DNA of 64,000 bases from Antedon mediterranea (GCF_964355755.1 NC_092673.1:868001-932000); one strand, 5' to 3'; counted from the first letter of the stretch, positions 24,701 through 48,300 are shown. The notes: generated by a model not told the origin, from the letters alone. Program-made: numbers and translations.

Positions 24701-27700
24701 TTCTTACTTATTAATTGTGACAACTTACTATACCTACAGGGGTAGGTATCATTAGGCCTAGGGTTTCTTACTGTATCTAAATTATATTATATATATTTTT
24801 GTCGCAGTGCTTTGTTGCTGACGCAAATCATGAACTGTTTGAAGTTTACTAAATGAATCAAATGAATGTAAACATCAATAAAAAGTAAAATCCACTTTTC
24901 GAAAGGTCATAAAAAAACAAGCCTCAAGTATTACTTTACACAGAGTGTATTGAAGTGTATAGCAGCAGGCATAATGCTCATCATTTATTATTAACATTTT
25001 AATCTACACTTTAAAAAATCATAATGAATAAAGATGTGATAAAGTAATGTGGACAACAATGTTCAAGTCTATACACTTTTTATACTAATTCTATAAAAGA
25101 AATCAGAGATTTTTTTTCTCTCTCTTTTTCAGGATTTTATCACGACAACTCATCATAGATACATGGTATGTGTTTAAACCAAGTGAAACCAGATCAGTGT
25201 GTGTGCAAATAGTAGAGTTTATTTTTATTATGTTTAGTGCAATTGTTTAGTAAATCATAGAGTGAAAGACACAGTACATTAGGGCTTTTGGCTTCAGTAA
25301 TGTTACACAATACATTGTTTAGTAAACTCCAGTGCAATCTCCAGTGAAAGATAAAGTAGGGACTTTGGCTGCAGTAATACAACTTACACTTCATTGGCCG
25401 TTTTGGCCACTTTCACAAGACTCATCAACAGTGAAGTGTCAGCCGATTTAGATTTACTGATGTAAAAAAAAATTATGAAAAACACAAAGATGAGATTAAT
25501 ACAACTAGGATAACTAAACGTAAATGATTGAGGTCGTTGCTTGCTTCAAACTGAGCTCGGATTATGGAGTGTCTTTTCTAAAAATCTTAATTTCGACGAA
25601 CATGTATTTGTTTTTGTTATCAGAAAGGCATTTTTTATTGTTTGAGATGCAGGCAGTGTGGCACAGGACAGCATTACGACTTATCTACTGCTTGGTCATT
25701 CAACTCGTTTAGCTCAGTTCAAACACAGGAACTATCCTGTCATAATTTGTAAACTGAATGAAATATAACGCTTACCGAGCTAAAATAGTAAAGAAACTAA
25801 TTTACCAACTGTTCTTTTCTCCAGGCTAGAACGTTAGAATTATCAACAATAAAAACCTACAGTAGATTAATTTCCTGCTTTTAACACAAGCAATAATGTA
25901 ACTATTTTTAGTCGTTTTTTTGTGATTTTAAGGTGCTTTTACTACAAAGTATAAAGATAATATAATCATATAACGAGATAGAAACACATAAATAACAACT
26001 AATGCAGCTATCATTTTGTGCTACTGTTAATGTGAAACAGTTAATGAAGAGTTTTCACTTATCAGATATTTTACTGAGTAGTTTCTAGTATTAGGAGATT
26101 TTTAATTTACATGATCATACAATATAAAATTAGTATTTGCTGCTTCTGTTCTTAATGCCCTGATGCTACAAAATACACATAAACTATTACTTAAATTATT
26201 ACTTACCTTTCTTCGATTGACGTTGGAGTTGGCGGCGCAGGTCCGGTAGGTGTTTTGCGCCCCACTGCGACACTTGATGCTCTTGAGGTCGCACCAGTAC
26301 GTATCTCGTCAGGGTCCTGGGTAAACTGGTTAAGTAATCGCTCTAAACTACCTCTTACATCTGGGACATCATTCTGTTCAAGAGATCTGTAAACGATTGT
26401 AAGCAAAACACTGATTTTAACCTGGCGGTCCATTACAACCATTTTTTAAATTTTATTTATTTATTTATTCGGTATATAAAAATATATTACAAAACGACAG
26501 TCAAGGACTGAAATGAAATGTATTACAAATGACTAAAAATTAGTTAAAATTGCTATAAAAATAGAAACATCTTAATAAAATTAGATATCGTTTTGGTAGA
26601 GATTAACAAGCTGGCTGTACAGTTAACATTTTAAAATTATTAAGCTCTGTCGTGTCTAAAGCTCTGTTATATCTGATATAAAGTTTGTGGTTCGTTGAGA
26701 TTCTCGAGGTTCGATCCATATTCTTTGATTGTCCTCAGGAATGAGAGTAGCAGAAGTAACCAATTGTACAAGCAGATTACATTTTTTAATAAATGATTAT
26801 TAATTGAGAACTTACAACTTCATCCGGGCAAGTTTATAATATCCAGTAAGATCACCATTAGATTTAATCTCTTTAGCAACTTTACTGCTTTCCACCAGGT
26901 GGTGTTGTATCTATGAAAGCAACAAAATGTGGTTAAAGTTGCAGACTTTTAGTTTACCAGAAAGGTAGTGTTTTAATTGGAGTAATCTATGTTTTTGGTA
27001 GAATCTGTCCACAAACATGTATGTGTAAAACTGACCAAACAGGGGAGGGTCCAAGGTGGCACTCAGTTGGCCGGACACCCCCCCCCCCCCTCCTCCTAAA
27101 TCTCGGAAATTGTAATGCAAAAGATAGGACATAAAATTAAGCTCAGCTCTTCATTTCACCATTTTTATCCTTTAATCCTGGAACCACCACCGCCAAACAT
27201 GGTTAATTCATGATTGAGCCAGTGGCTCTAATTAAGCCATCGGAACTGAATAAATAGAAATCTACTATAAAAACTTAAAAATAAAGAATACAAATCACCA
27301 ACAGCAAACAGATTGGACTTGCTAAATCATTACTGTCTATTCAACCACTTGTAGCTATTCACTAGAGACATCTTATAATTCTCTAAAGGGTATAGTTAAT
27401 TGCAACTCTAGCTATAAATCGTTTTAATAGTTTTCAGTTCTACTATTTCGTGTCTTAAAAAGTGAGAAAAGAATATTTATTATTATCATCAGAGACACTA
27501 AAGGATCTGACAGAGATAAATTTAATGTCAAAATTTTAAGATTTATGACCAGGTTCTATAATTATACTATAATAATGTAGTCAATTCAAATTTATTGGAA
27601 ATACTATATCTCCCAAAATAATGTGATATACTACTACCACATGTGTAGTAAGGTAGGAGAATTAGCACACAGTTTTAATGATGATATCAGTGACACTATT

Positions 27701-30700
27701 TTACACTAAATTTGTTTTTATTCTATTTTTTAAAACTTGAATATAATATTCCTCAAATATAAAAAATATTTATATAATCACATCCACAAAACTGATTGAA
27801 TTTGTATTATTTTGGCTATGGTTGGAGAAGGGAGGTATACAATTTTATACCTCCCTGGTTTGAGCCGCTGCCTTAACTGGTAAAATGGTGGGCTTAGATT
27901 TATGTCTGTAAATAAAAAAAAAGACAATTATTCAACAACACAATTCCTCTATTAATGTACACCAGGCAGATACCTACCTGTAGTTGAAGCACTTGCTTAT
28001 ACAAGCCAGGTACATTAGCCTTGATAAACTCCCCTGCAGCTTTGCTCACTTCTCCTGCCTCTTTATTTCTACCAGCGTCCACATGACACTCGATGAGCGC
28101 CAACATCAACTGAGCTCTCCATTCATAGTCTTTGTCATCGATATCATCTAGTGCTTTAACAACGCTGTGAAGGCTGATAGAGAGGTGTTGACGATAGTTA
28201 GGCTTGAGAAACGGCCGACAGAACTGCCAGTAAAGAACGGATGCATTGAACACTAGAAAATGATACCTAGAAATGGAAACAAGATTTGTATTAAGCTTGC
28301 TTTAGTATTGAGTAATGCAACTAGTAATACTATTACACTGAAACAGAAACATTAATAATTAGGAAATAAAAACATATAATTATACATTGCAAAAAATAGT
28401 CATACAAAAAAAAAAACAAATCCAGTTCAAAAATACATTTTCTCACAAATACACCTCGAATCACTTGTAAAACATATCGTTTGGACTATGTGTCCTATAG
28501 TAGTACATAGAAGCAATTTATTAACAGCAGTCCGTTTTTAAATATACAACATTATCTAGACACAATTATACCTCAAATTGATTTTTACAATAAAAGTGAA
28601 TGATTGTATAATACTACCTTGAATTTGACTTAGCAAACTGTATGGCTTTCAAGATATACACATTAGCTTTGTCTAACTGACTCTGAAAAAAAAAGGTCAA
28701 ATCATAAAACAATGAGATAAGTGACACTATTTCACAATATATGTATTGTGAGTGTCATGTGAATTATTGGTAGAAATCTGTTTCACTTTTGGGCAACTAT
28801 GCAATGCAACTTCATAATAAGTTTGTTTACTAGAAATATAGGCGTTGGAAATGAGTAAACCTGTGTAGACTTAACCACAACTCAGAAATTATTAAAGAAT
28901 TCTAAAAAAGTCATAGAACCTTTATTTCTTTATTTTAATTTTACTGTAGGTTGAAAAGTGAGAGACATACACAATAGAATATGGATTTATTGTCTAAATG
29001 CCATTTTATTTACTTTTGTCCAAATTTGTCATTGTTATTGGTTATCCGCAACGAAGTTGCTGGATAACCCCTTGTGATTGTAGGAAATCATATTCTTCTT
29101 TTTTTTCTTATTCTTCTTTCTTTCTGTAATATTTTGTGTCACGCGTATCTCTAAAACTTGCAAACATAACGTTTCGTAACTTTCTCAACATATCGCCATT
29201 CACGTGAAGTTGTGCAGCGAAGGTTTTCACGACGTTTGCAATTGCGCAACGCGACTTTCGCGCGTTTTTATGAATTTCGCGTATTTAACATATGTCAAAA
29301 TCCAAATAAGATGTTTAATTGAAACTTAGCAAAAGTTTAATTTATATCATGCGCTAACTTTCTATGGATTAAAAATTGCATGTAACATTAGAAAGTGTGC
29401 GCATAAACGGCGTTTTTGAAATTTTAAAATGCTTCAAATCAATTTCTGATTAAATTAGAGCACGTTTCAGGTCATTTTAAGGGTTCTAAAAATTGCCACC
29501 AGGTGCGCACATTTTTATGCGCGCACGGCGCAGGGAACACGTATGAGCATTTCTTTTGGACGATTTGTGTTTTTCAAACTTCGGTTAACAATTTAACGTT
29601 ATTTTATTCACTAGTCAACTCGAAATGACGTTCTACGAGCACGTTAAACATGACTGGTTGCGCACGGAAAACGTTAAAAAATTGTGAAAATGTTGCAAAA
29701 TATGTCTACTTTTAAAAACGATACAGTTCATCAGAATGCAAAGTTACCCCCATCTTTTATTTTATTTTCTTGCAGTGTATGAATCATAGGTGTGATTTAC
29801 TATAGTGTTTAATGTTAAAACTTGTTTTATGGATACATTATTTGCATGATTATTAAATATAATTTTTGAAATGTTTACAATCAAACCAACAATAACATTT
29901 TCAAAGAGCAAAACAATAAACATAAAATTTATCTTTTTTCTTCACATGTTAATATATAAAACTTGAAAGTATGCACTTCTTTCATAATATGTAACTGTTT
30001 AACATTTGTGAAGATTTTATCATAGTAAAAATTATGATTTAGTTCGGTATATAATAATCAACTTGCATCGAGGGGTTCACGACATACCGAATGAACGAGG
30101 AAGCTTTCTTCGGATTTTCTTCGGCAGGTGCTCATATGACTCGATGTTTAGTGCAACCGACTTTGGTATCAGAGGTACCGGGTTCAAATCCCGTCACGGG
30201 AAACCAATTACATAAAATGATGTATTTGGTTATTACACCGAAAGGGCAGTTTTAAATTTGAGTAGGATACTTTTTGGAAAAGTCATAACTGAAAAGTTTT
30301 AACTTTGAATGAGTACTTGAATACGCAAGATACGTTTTGTTGCGGGCGGATAACCAAACTCGTCCTCAAGTGACGAGTTCCATGTCTAGTTGTTATTTTT
30401 TTATTTCATATACAGTCTAATTATAAACATTTTTTATACTTACAATCTCTTCTGCAGACTTTGGGGCAAGAAGCTGTGCATGGCAGAGGTAAGCCCGGCA
30501 AAGAAATTGATTGGATGGTGGAGTACGATGCAGATACATATCAAGACATATCTTTGTCATTTCAATTAATCCATACTGCAAAATTATTATACCAAAAATT
30601 AAAAAATCTCTTGAAAAATTTTATTTTGATGGGAACAAATTGACAATTATAAAATAATTAATTTATCATTTTTGGCAATTTCTGTAATTGTCAAAGTAGA

Positions 30701-31619
30701 GCATTAAAAAAAGCAGATGACTCACTTGTAAAGCTATTTCAGCACACTGGACATAAAGATCTTGACCACAAGGCTCTGGTCCATCACTGGAAGGTCGGCG
30801 ATCGGAGGCTGCTTTGAGCTGTTCAAAAGCCTGATGTAAGAAGGAGCCTTCGCCATTAACTGTTAATAAAAAAAATGTTTAAATATGCTTAGCGTCCTGC
30901 CTTTTTCAAAAAAGGAAGGAGAAGGCCTTTTTAAAAATTTCTCCCCTAAGATGTCTGTAAAAAAGCAGGTTTGTCTGCTTTCGTCGTTCCTTCTCTGGCT
31001 TGATTGAACTATTGTACATCTCAAATGTTTAATAAATACCCCTTTCACACGAAAAGCAAAACTCCGGAGACACTCCGGAGTTGACGCCCCAGTGTTTTTG
31101 TGTGAAAGGTAAAATCAAGCAACTCAAGTTCAAAACAGCTGAACGTTCTCCGGAGGGCGAACTGCGGAGACACACCAGTGTTTTGGTGACTGAAAAAGGT
31201 ACCAACATCAAACTCCAGAGTTTTTAGAAATCAATCCGACTGCAACTTCGCTAAGCCTAGGCCTACACCTTCTTTTGTTTTTATTTGGCCTAGGCCTAGC
31301 GCCCCCTACAGCCTAGCTACACTCTCTCCGGTAAATCCTACTCTTCAGGCCTACTCTAGCTAGGGCCTGGCCCTAGGCCTACTACATAACACCAGACTTT
31401 GGTAGGGAATGTAACATGATGAACACGATGTACACCCTTATTGCTAGGTAAGGCCTAGCCTAGGGCCTACCTAGCTAGGCCTAGCTAGGCCTGCCTAACC
31501 TATAATACTGGCCTATAATTACTCCTAGAATACAGCCTCCTTATTTATTTTTAAAGAAATTGAATCATACCCCCATATAATTGTGCTGCACCCAATAATT
31601 GTCGGATGTTGTTATCCAT
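8567..31619 (-). CDS. CFAP46: Cilia- and flagella-associated protein 46 (TTC40), 5' part, 27 exons (~1215 aa); continues beyond the left edge
   Basis: GT-AG exons with consistent phases: 31571-31619, 30726-30859, 30444-30575, 28618-28682, 27978-28266, 26816-26910, 26207-26386, 25388-25456, 23619-23696, 22492-22551, 19595-19694, 19248-19346, 18721-18911, 17779-17875, 15367-15498, 14969-15089, 14499-14631, 13983-14138, 13682-13820, 12861-12994, 12041-12253, 11581-11821, 11122-11271, 10388-10498, 9868-10046 (or -10091), 9273-9404, 8567-8732. Motifs such as YHFLVFNASVLYWQFCRPFLKP..EWRAQLML, WNVCLPLLQPNLR and NATTYLWNYNNH match CFAP46 as recalled. The last exon ends in a gtaag donor with no stop. 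Confidence 0.92.
9697..9845. mobile_element. Tc1/pogo-like MITE (second copy at ~36416-36581)
   Basis: Inverted ends AACTCTCCCAA.ACC.GGA ... TCC.GTATTGGGAGAGTTGACA are seen at both loci. Confidence 0.5.
10122..10306. mobile_element. Small TIR element (Harbinger-like MITE)
   Basis: GCCAATTTACTGAGATGAGCGGTAACGGTAA is inverted relative to TTACCGTTACCGCTAGTCTCTGTAAATTGGC. Confidence 0.6.
12350..12462. mobile_element. MITE family A (AGCTCTGTCTACACTATCAAACT TIR; PIF/Harbinger-like)
   Basis: TIRs (T)AAAGCT.TGTCTACACTATCAAACT ... AGTTTGATAGTG.AGACAG.GCTTTA with TWA-like flanks. Further copies at ~16172-16579, 23443-23586, 23918-24060, 40660-40790, 43038-43183, 49281-49432 and 58057-58166. Confidence 0.8.
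12604..12803. mobile_element. Tc1/pogo-like MITE remnant with a 36-bp perfect inverted repeat
   Basis: Arms 12604-12639 and 12715-12750 (AGAGTGAAATTACTATTACAGTTGAACCTCCCGTAA); a second degenerate end lies at ~12780-12803. Confidence 0.6.
13020..13195. repeat. ~51-bp tandem repeat x3
   Basis: TAGGTCAGGTCAAATAGG.AGCTT.TGATTGGTGATGA repeated. Confidence 0.8.
13551..13656. mobile_element. MITE family B (GCTTGGTTCCCACT...AGTGGGAACCAAGC; Harbinger-like), short copy
   Basis: TTGGTTCCCA..AGTGGGAACCAGG ends. The same family occurs at ~49985-50180, 53655-53780, 54518-54662, 56540-56785, 57300-57445 and 63695-63876. Confidence 0.6.
15596..16118. repeat. 52-bp minisatellite, ~10 copies
   Basis: Unit GAAGTAGTCGGTAACCTTAAGTACAGTATTATAGCACATACATGTATTG(C/A)AT. 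Confidence 0.95.
16172..16579. mobile_element. MITE family A copy with an internally expanded 21-bp minisatellite
   Basis: Ends AAGCTCTGCGTACATTATCAAAC and GTTTGATAGTGTAGACAGAGCTT enclose about 7 copies of ATATGGTAGTGATATGCCTAA, the internal motif of family A. Confidence 0.7.
20340..20706 (-). mobile_element. 5S rRNA-derived SINE (SINE3-type): 5S head, ~210-bp body, A-rich tail
   Basis: Minus strand 20706-20592 reads ATACCACGTGGAAACACCGGTTCTCGTCAGATCACCGAAGTTAAGCAACGTTGGGCCTGGTTAGAGCTTGGATGGGAGACCATCTGGGAATAGCGGGTGCTGTATAC (5S-like, A and C boxes present). There is no oligo-T terminator; it continues into a unique body and an (AATAA)n/poly-A tail at 20340-20378. Confidence 0.85.
20592..20706 (-). 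rRNA. 5S rRNA-like sequence (SINE head, probably not a functional 5S gene)
   Basis: About 115 nt closely matching metazoan 5S, with a diverged 5' end and no terminator. Confidence 0.55.
20951..21693 (+). mobile_element. Penelope-like retroelement 3' fragment (GIY-YIG endonuclease, Naiad-like), inserted in (TA)n
   Basis: The ORF to 21526 contains KIFNRNTIKISYSCM, CNC..CPLNGNC, VIYQATV..TYIRLTE..FKTRYRNH..FRH, STELSKHIW, CNLCLKEK..I and LNKRNKLVSACRH. A 3' hammerhead ribozyme follows. Flanks are tatatat (20943-20950) and (TA)n 21693-21748. Confidence 0.9.
21609..21657 (+). ncRNA. Type I minimal hammerhead ribozyme
   Basis: Stem I GTCTC/GAGAC; core CTGATGA 21614-21620; stem II GTGAGTTG/CAACTCAC; GAAA 21639-21642; short stem III ACA-AGCC-TGT; GUA cleavage triplet 21650-21652. 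Confidence 0.88.
21693..21748. repeat. (TA)n microsatellite
   Basis: About 28 TA units. Confidence 0.98.
22240..22420 (-). mobile_element. tRNA(Gly-like)-derived SINE
   Basis: Minus strand GGAGCTGTAGCTTGGTGGTTAACATGTTTGCCTTCCAATCCCAAGGTCCAGGGTTCAAACC (A box, TCC-anticodon-like loop, B box), a short body and an (AATTATA)-type tail. Confidence 0.6.
29036..30390 (+). mobile_element. Non-autonomous Helentron/Helitron2-type element (HINE/DINE-1 architecture)
   Basis: 5' subTIR GGTTATCCGC with adjacent palindrome (..GCTGGATAACC) and TTC/T microsatellite; 3' subTIR GCGGATAACC (~30347), stem-loop AACTCGTC-CTCAAGT-GACGAGTT, CTAGT terminus; TT flanks. Confidence 0.75.
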
Positions 31620-32098
31620 TTTACATTAAATCATAATAAATTGAGGCCTAGGCCTAGCTATAAGGGCAAGCTTCGTAAAGTAGTATATTTGCAACCAAGG
31701 TAACTGGTGATAGGGTGGGCCATTAGTGTCTAAAATGTATTTTCGGATAAACAAATTACTCTTTGCAGAATTTTGTAAATATTAACATATAAAAATTGAA
31801 CAAGATTATTGTGTGATGTTTAGTAGGACCAAAATAAATTTAAATAATATTATTATGACATTATTATTACAATTTGGATAGTACATACAACGGCCAGCTA
31901 AATGCATTAATGACGTTTCATACTCACAAACAGTAAACAGAGCAACGTCAAACAAACCGCGACAGACTAGACTCGCCGTACTCGTTTCCTCACTTCGAGT
32001 AAATAGTTGTAGAATATTCATTTGCAAACCTCATAATCGTGGGGCTTATATCAATAAAAGCTGTTTATACTATGTATTAGTACACTGAATAAACAATA
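31620..32098. promoter_or_regulatory. Bidirectional promoter between CFAP46 and PACRGL
   Basis: Divergent ATGs at 31619 and 32099. Contains an imperfect X-box GCAACCAAGGTAAC (31691-31704) and forkhead cores GTAAACA (31933), GTAAATA (31775, 31999) and ATAAACA (31747, 32089). Confidence 0.7.
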
Positions 32099-42943
<10,845 letters not shown>

Positions 42944-44435
42944 CTTTTAAATGAGCCAGGTTTTGACGTGTGAAGATGGCATGGAGCATCATCATGTTAG
43001 TGGAGGGGGGGATATCTAGTACAGAAACGAATAACTAAAGTCCGTCTGCACTATCAAACTAGTTTGACAAAAAAAAAAAGTGTGATGTCCAAAATATGGT
43101 AGTGATATACCCAAATATGGTAGTGATATGACATCATCATGTCCATTATGTGCTCATCACATTTTTTTGTCACATAAAGTTTGTGGAGAAATAAGTCTTG
43201 TATTGCATAGTGTACATACTGTTAATTAATTAGTTAAATGTGAAATATTGATAATGACATTAACCATTCAAATTGATTGAAATATAATTTATATTACCGG
43301 TCTTTTTTACCATATGTGCTCTACCAGATAGTGACTCACCTATGATGTGTAAGGATACAACTTAGTAAAATGTCTAACAATTGATTCAAATATGTATAGT
43401 TTTTGTGAATTCAATTCAATTCAATTCAATTCAATTTCTTTATTGCTGCAAATGCCATCAAGGGCTAATATCCGCTTAAACATACTACATCATACAAACA
43501 TAATTACATTTAAAATTTAAACACATAATAATTATAGTCATTACTACTGTTGTAGTTATTATTATTTTAATTATTGTAATTATTGTTATAGTTATTATAA
43601 TAATTAATCAAAGTGTAATAAATTATAGGTTACATCTTAAGGGACTAAAGAAACAGATTTTGTGGCACAATATTTGGAGAATAACACAACGGTCATGTTT
43701 TAATTTTATGGATTTAGTTTAAAATGTAAGGAATATATTACTGCGCATTTATATTTTGATAAATGTACAGCTTTTAAGGCCCAGTGGCCATTTTTCACCA
43801 ATCACACTTAAGCGAGATATTTCCTTTAAAAACTATTTACTTAAGTATTTGCCTTAAGCGGTATTTACTTAGATAAGAGAATTTGTACATTTTAAGGGTA
43901 TTTTCATTGTGCGAATGGTAAATACCGCCACAGGCCTGTTATAAATATTACGTGTGTTTATGTTAAAATGTTGTCAACAAAATGAACATAATGGGAAGAG
44001 CAAAAGAATAAATATGTAGATGGATGAGAAAGTAGTGTATTATTGTAAACATTTAATGAACACTGTAATTCAACTTGATGTACTTGATGTAACCAACAAA
44101 CGATTTAATGAATGGATGGATTTAAACAAGGTAATACAGTGTAATAATTGATAGATAGATAAATACTTAAGATACTAAACTCAGTGAAGACAAATCTGTA
44201 AACGTTCAAATACTCACGTGACTTTGAAATTCAATCTATCATATCTTTGGTTATTTCATGGAGTAAAGACTCCATGGTTATTTTAGCACTACAACTAATT
44301 GCCGGATTTAGAATCGTTACAAAAATAAGCTGCAGAGACATTTAGAGAAGAAATTTGTTATAACTAAAGACAATTCAGAAATGAAGCACTTTTAATATTC
44401 CGTTTTTGTCCATATTTAATCGTTGAATTAATACA

Positions 44436-44925
44436 TATACACACACTGCATACATACTACATCGACGACGTTTAGTATACACGCACTGCATACATACTAC
44501 ATCGACGACGTTTAGTATACACACACTGCATACATACTACATCGACGACGTTTAGTATACACACACTGCATACATACTACATCGACGACGTTTAGTATAC
44601 ACGCACTGCATACATACTACATCGACGACGTTTAGTATACACGCACTGCATACATACTACATCGACGACGTTTAGTATACACACACTGCATACATACTAC
44701 ATCGACGACGTTTAGTATACACACACTGCATACATACTACATCGACGACGTTTAGTATACACGCACTGCATACATACTACATCGACGACGTTTAGTATAC
44801 ACGCACTGCATACATACTACATTGACGACGTTTAGTATACACGCACTGCATACATACTACATTGACGACGTTTAGTATACACACACTACATACTACATCG
44901 ACGACGTTTAGTATACACGCACTGG
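44436..44925. repeat. 40-bp minisatellite, ~12 copies
   Basis: Unit TATACAC(A/G)CACTGCATACATACTACATCGACGACGTTTAG. Confidence 0.97.
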
Positions 44926-45327
44926 CAAGCTACTGGTTTGGATGGTACACTAATGTCTCTTAATCATTTATAAAACAAATTACAAAAGCTAAAAAACGGA
45001 TTAATAGCTTAATTTTTCCAAAACCGACGTGATGAATTCTAATGTGGTTAGAATATGTAATTTGTTTCCGGTGGAGACGATTACAAATTACATACAGCGG
45101 AAGGTTACCATTATTATCACACGTACTCAATTATGCTCTCTTATAATTGTTCAAAAAGGTAGACAAAAATACATTGAACAAAGAATGAAATATTACAAGA
45201 TAACGTATTAGCACTATACATACTTCATGGCGAAGAGTTCAAAAAATTACTAACATCAACTAAAGTGACAATTTGTACGACATTTCGGCAGAAATCCGTG
45301 TGAACACCAGAGGCCCAAGATAACGCA

Positions 45328-48300
45328 TAAGTCAGGTGGCTTAGCAACAATTTTCAGGATTAACGTTACCGGCCGGACAAAAGTACCAAATTTGGCATGG
45401 AGTTTCCTTTCGACCTATCTATTGATTTTATCCGTGGAACCCACTTGATCGGGTCCGATTTTCCAAGATGGCGGCCAAAATCCAAGATGGCCGCCAGAAA
45501 AAAGGAAATGCCATATATAAGACTGTAAAAATCAGAAATTAACAAATGAGGTGTCAATTCAGGGGTTTCTGAGGTCACTGTAATAGATGCTGGTCAAGCC
45601 ATTTTGCTTAGGTCACCCAATTCCAAGATGGCGGCCAAATTTCAAAATGGCTGCCAAAAAAAGGAAATATTATATAAGGCTGTAAAAATCATAAATGAAC
45701 AAATAAGGTGTCAATTCAGAGGTATCTGAGGTTACTGAAACAGATACTGGTCAAGCCATTTTGCTCAGGTCACTCATTTCCAAGATGACGGTCAAATTAT
45801 AAAATGGAAATGGCCAGATCTCTATAGTGAGAAAGTCTACGTAGTTATGATGGGCGGATTGCACATTGAGAAGGAGCTATGGAACACTGTTGGCGATTTA
45901 TTAGATGAGTCAGTTTGGCCAACGGCTCTCACTGAATCTGACGTTGCTTCATCTGGAACAGCCGATTCATTCCTGAAAGTATCACACATTACCAGAACTC
46001 GACATGCCCATCAAGTCACTGTTCTTGTTCTTCAGCGGCTACTGAATGAAGCATTTAACCAGAGATCTAATGTTGATGAGAGTTTGAACAATTGTCTAAG
46101 AAATCCCCCACGTTCAAGTTCTGGAACATGATCGCACACCATGAGATTCTGATTCTCATATTTGTTAGAGCCCATCGGGAGAGAGACTTCCTATTGCATG
46201 TTTCTGTATTAGAGGCACTCGTGCCATTGTTCTTTGCGTTAGATCATGTGAACTATTCTCGATGGCTGCCTGTACACATTAGAGACATGAAGGCATTGCC
46301 ACAAGAGATCAAATATGAGTTTGAAACTCGGAATCACTGGACAATCGCAAAGTCGTTACACAGATACTCTGCGATTCCAATAGACCAAGTGCATGAGCAA
46401 GAGAATAAAGTGGTGAAAGCATCCGGTGGTGTAGTAGGACTTACAGAGAATCCAGTTGCCTTCAGACGCTGGATGACTGCTGGACCCGAGCTTGCCAGAC
46501 TTCTGAGACAGTATGAGAATAAATATATTCATGACGATGATCCGGAAAACCCAGCTAACTTTGAACACCATGAACAGGGACTTGCAGCACAGAAAACCTT
46601 CCAGCGACAGGTTGATAGTCTATCTAACAGTAACACAATACGCAAGATGGGAAATCCCTTCCTAGATGACTTCCCTGAGTTAGTAACTTTTGATAGTCGT
46701 AACTGCGCGAATGAGGCAGTAGTGGATACAATCCGTACACTAGAAGATACAAGCACAAAGAAGTATCAAGAGTATGTGAAGACCGTGCTCGTGAATCGTA
46801 GTCGTTACCATACATGATACAATCTCAAAGAATTTACCACCCTTGCTCTCAACAAAGCTCAAAGTCAAATCAAAGGATTGCAAGAAAGTAAAAGTGCTTG
46901 AGAACAATGTGGCACTCTTCGGCCAGTTATACATTTCCTTACAAAATAGAGATGGTGACATCAGTGAATTCTTTGCACACGAAGTACAGTCGTATCCTCC
47001 ATCCCTGTCTGAGTTTGGAAAGCTTAATCTGTCTGGTACCAAATGTCATCTGTTACAATGTATCGAATCAAACCACACTGATGCACCTGTATTATGACTG
47101 CAAAGTTCTGGATGGTGCGGTGACAGTACATGCATTACCTGTAATAAATGTCTCAACATTCCAAGAATATGCTGACAACGTGTTTATACCCCATCTGAAA
47201 CGTCAGCTACGTGATACAAAGCGAGTGGATGTTGTGTGGGACGAATACCGACCAGATAGCCTTAAGGAGGGAACCAGAGAGAAACGAGGCAAAGGTGTGC
47301 GTAGAAAAGTATCAGGTGATACCAAGCTGCCGGGCAACTGGAATGACTTCCTCCGTGATCCAATCAACAAGAAAGAACTTTTTGAATTCCTTTCATCAAA
47401 AGTTGCGGATTGCAGCATCCCTCCTGAGTGTTCGGTATATATCACAGCTGGAGACCATGTTACATATGTTGGAACGCAGTTCAAAATGTCCAGCTGTAGT
47501 CAAGAGGAAGCAGACACTAGGATTGTGGTTCACGTGAAACACGCGTTGGAAAATGGAGCAAAATCCATCCAGGTGCAAACTGTGGATACAGATGTTGTCG
47601 TTGTTCTTATCGGTGTGTTTCATGACCTCTCTCAGATAAATGCTGATCTTGATCTCTGGATAGCATTTGGAACTGGAAAGAACTACACTCATTACAGTAT
47701 TAACGCCATTTGTGCACATCTCGGTGGTGAACGTAAATCACGTTCCCTGCCAATGTTCCACTCCCTGTAAGGATGTGATACTACCTCAGCGTTTAGAGGT
47801 AATGGGAAGAAATCGTTTTGGCAGGCATGGAATGCTTATGACGAAGTTACGGATGCCTCCTTTCTTCATCTTGCCACACATCCGTTTGAGCATCTTCACT
47901 TACATTCTGAGAGACTAGTTGTGACAAAACAAGTAACGCCATGAATGTTAACAGTGCTCGGATGGAACTGGTTCAGCCAGAAACGGCAAGCTGTTAACAA
48001 GATACCACCTACTCAGAATGCACTACTCCAGCACACTAGGAGGGCCGTATACCAAGCTGGCATCTGGACAACATGCATGTTATCTCAACAAACAAATCCG
48101 TGTCCAACCGACTATGCATGAGTGAAAGTTGGGAACTCATGGGAACCTGTCTGATCTACCATTCCAGTGGCATCTAAAGCTTGCAGAGACTTTGTGAAAT
48201 GTGGCTGCAAAAGGGCCTGTACAGTCTGCAAATGCAGCAAGGAAAATCTGCCTTGCACATCTCTTTGCCGGTGCACATGTTCATCCAAATAGGGTAAATC

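Noticed and set aside
44436-44925. CRISPR-like appearance of regular repeats (also 15596-16118 and 41330-41890)
   Set aside because: Head-to-tail units with no unique spacers, no cas genes, and eukaryotic context.
45366-45578. Pair of similar 70-aa ORFs (also 48690-48902)
   Set aside because: They are the two Academ TIRs read in mirror orientation.
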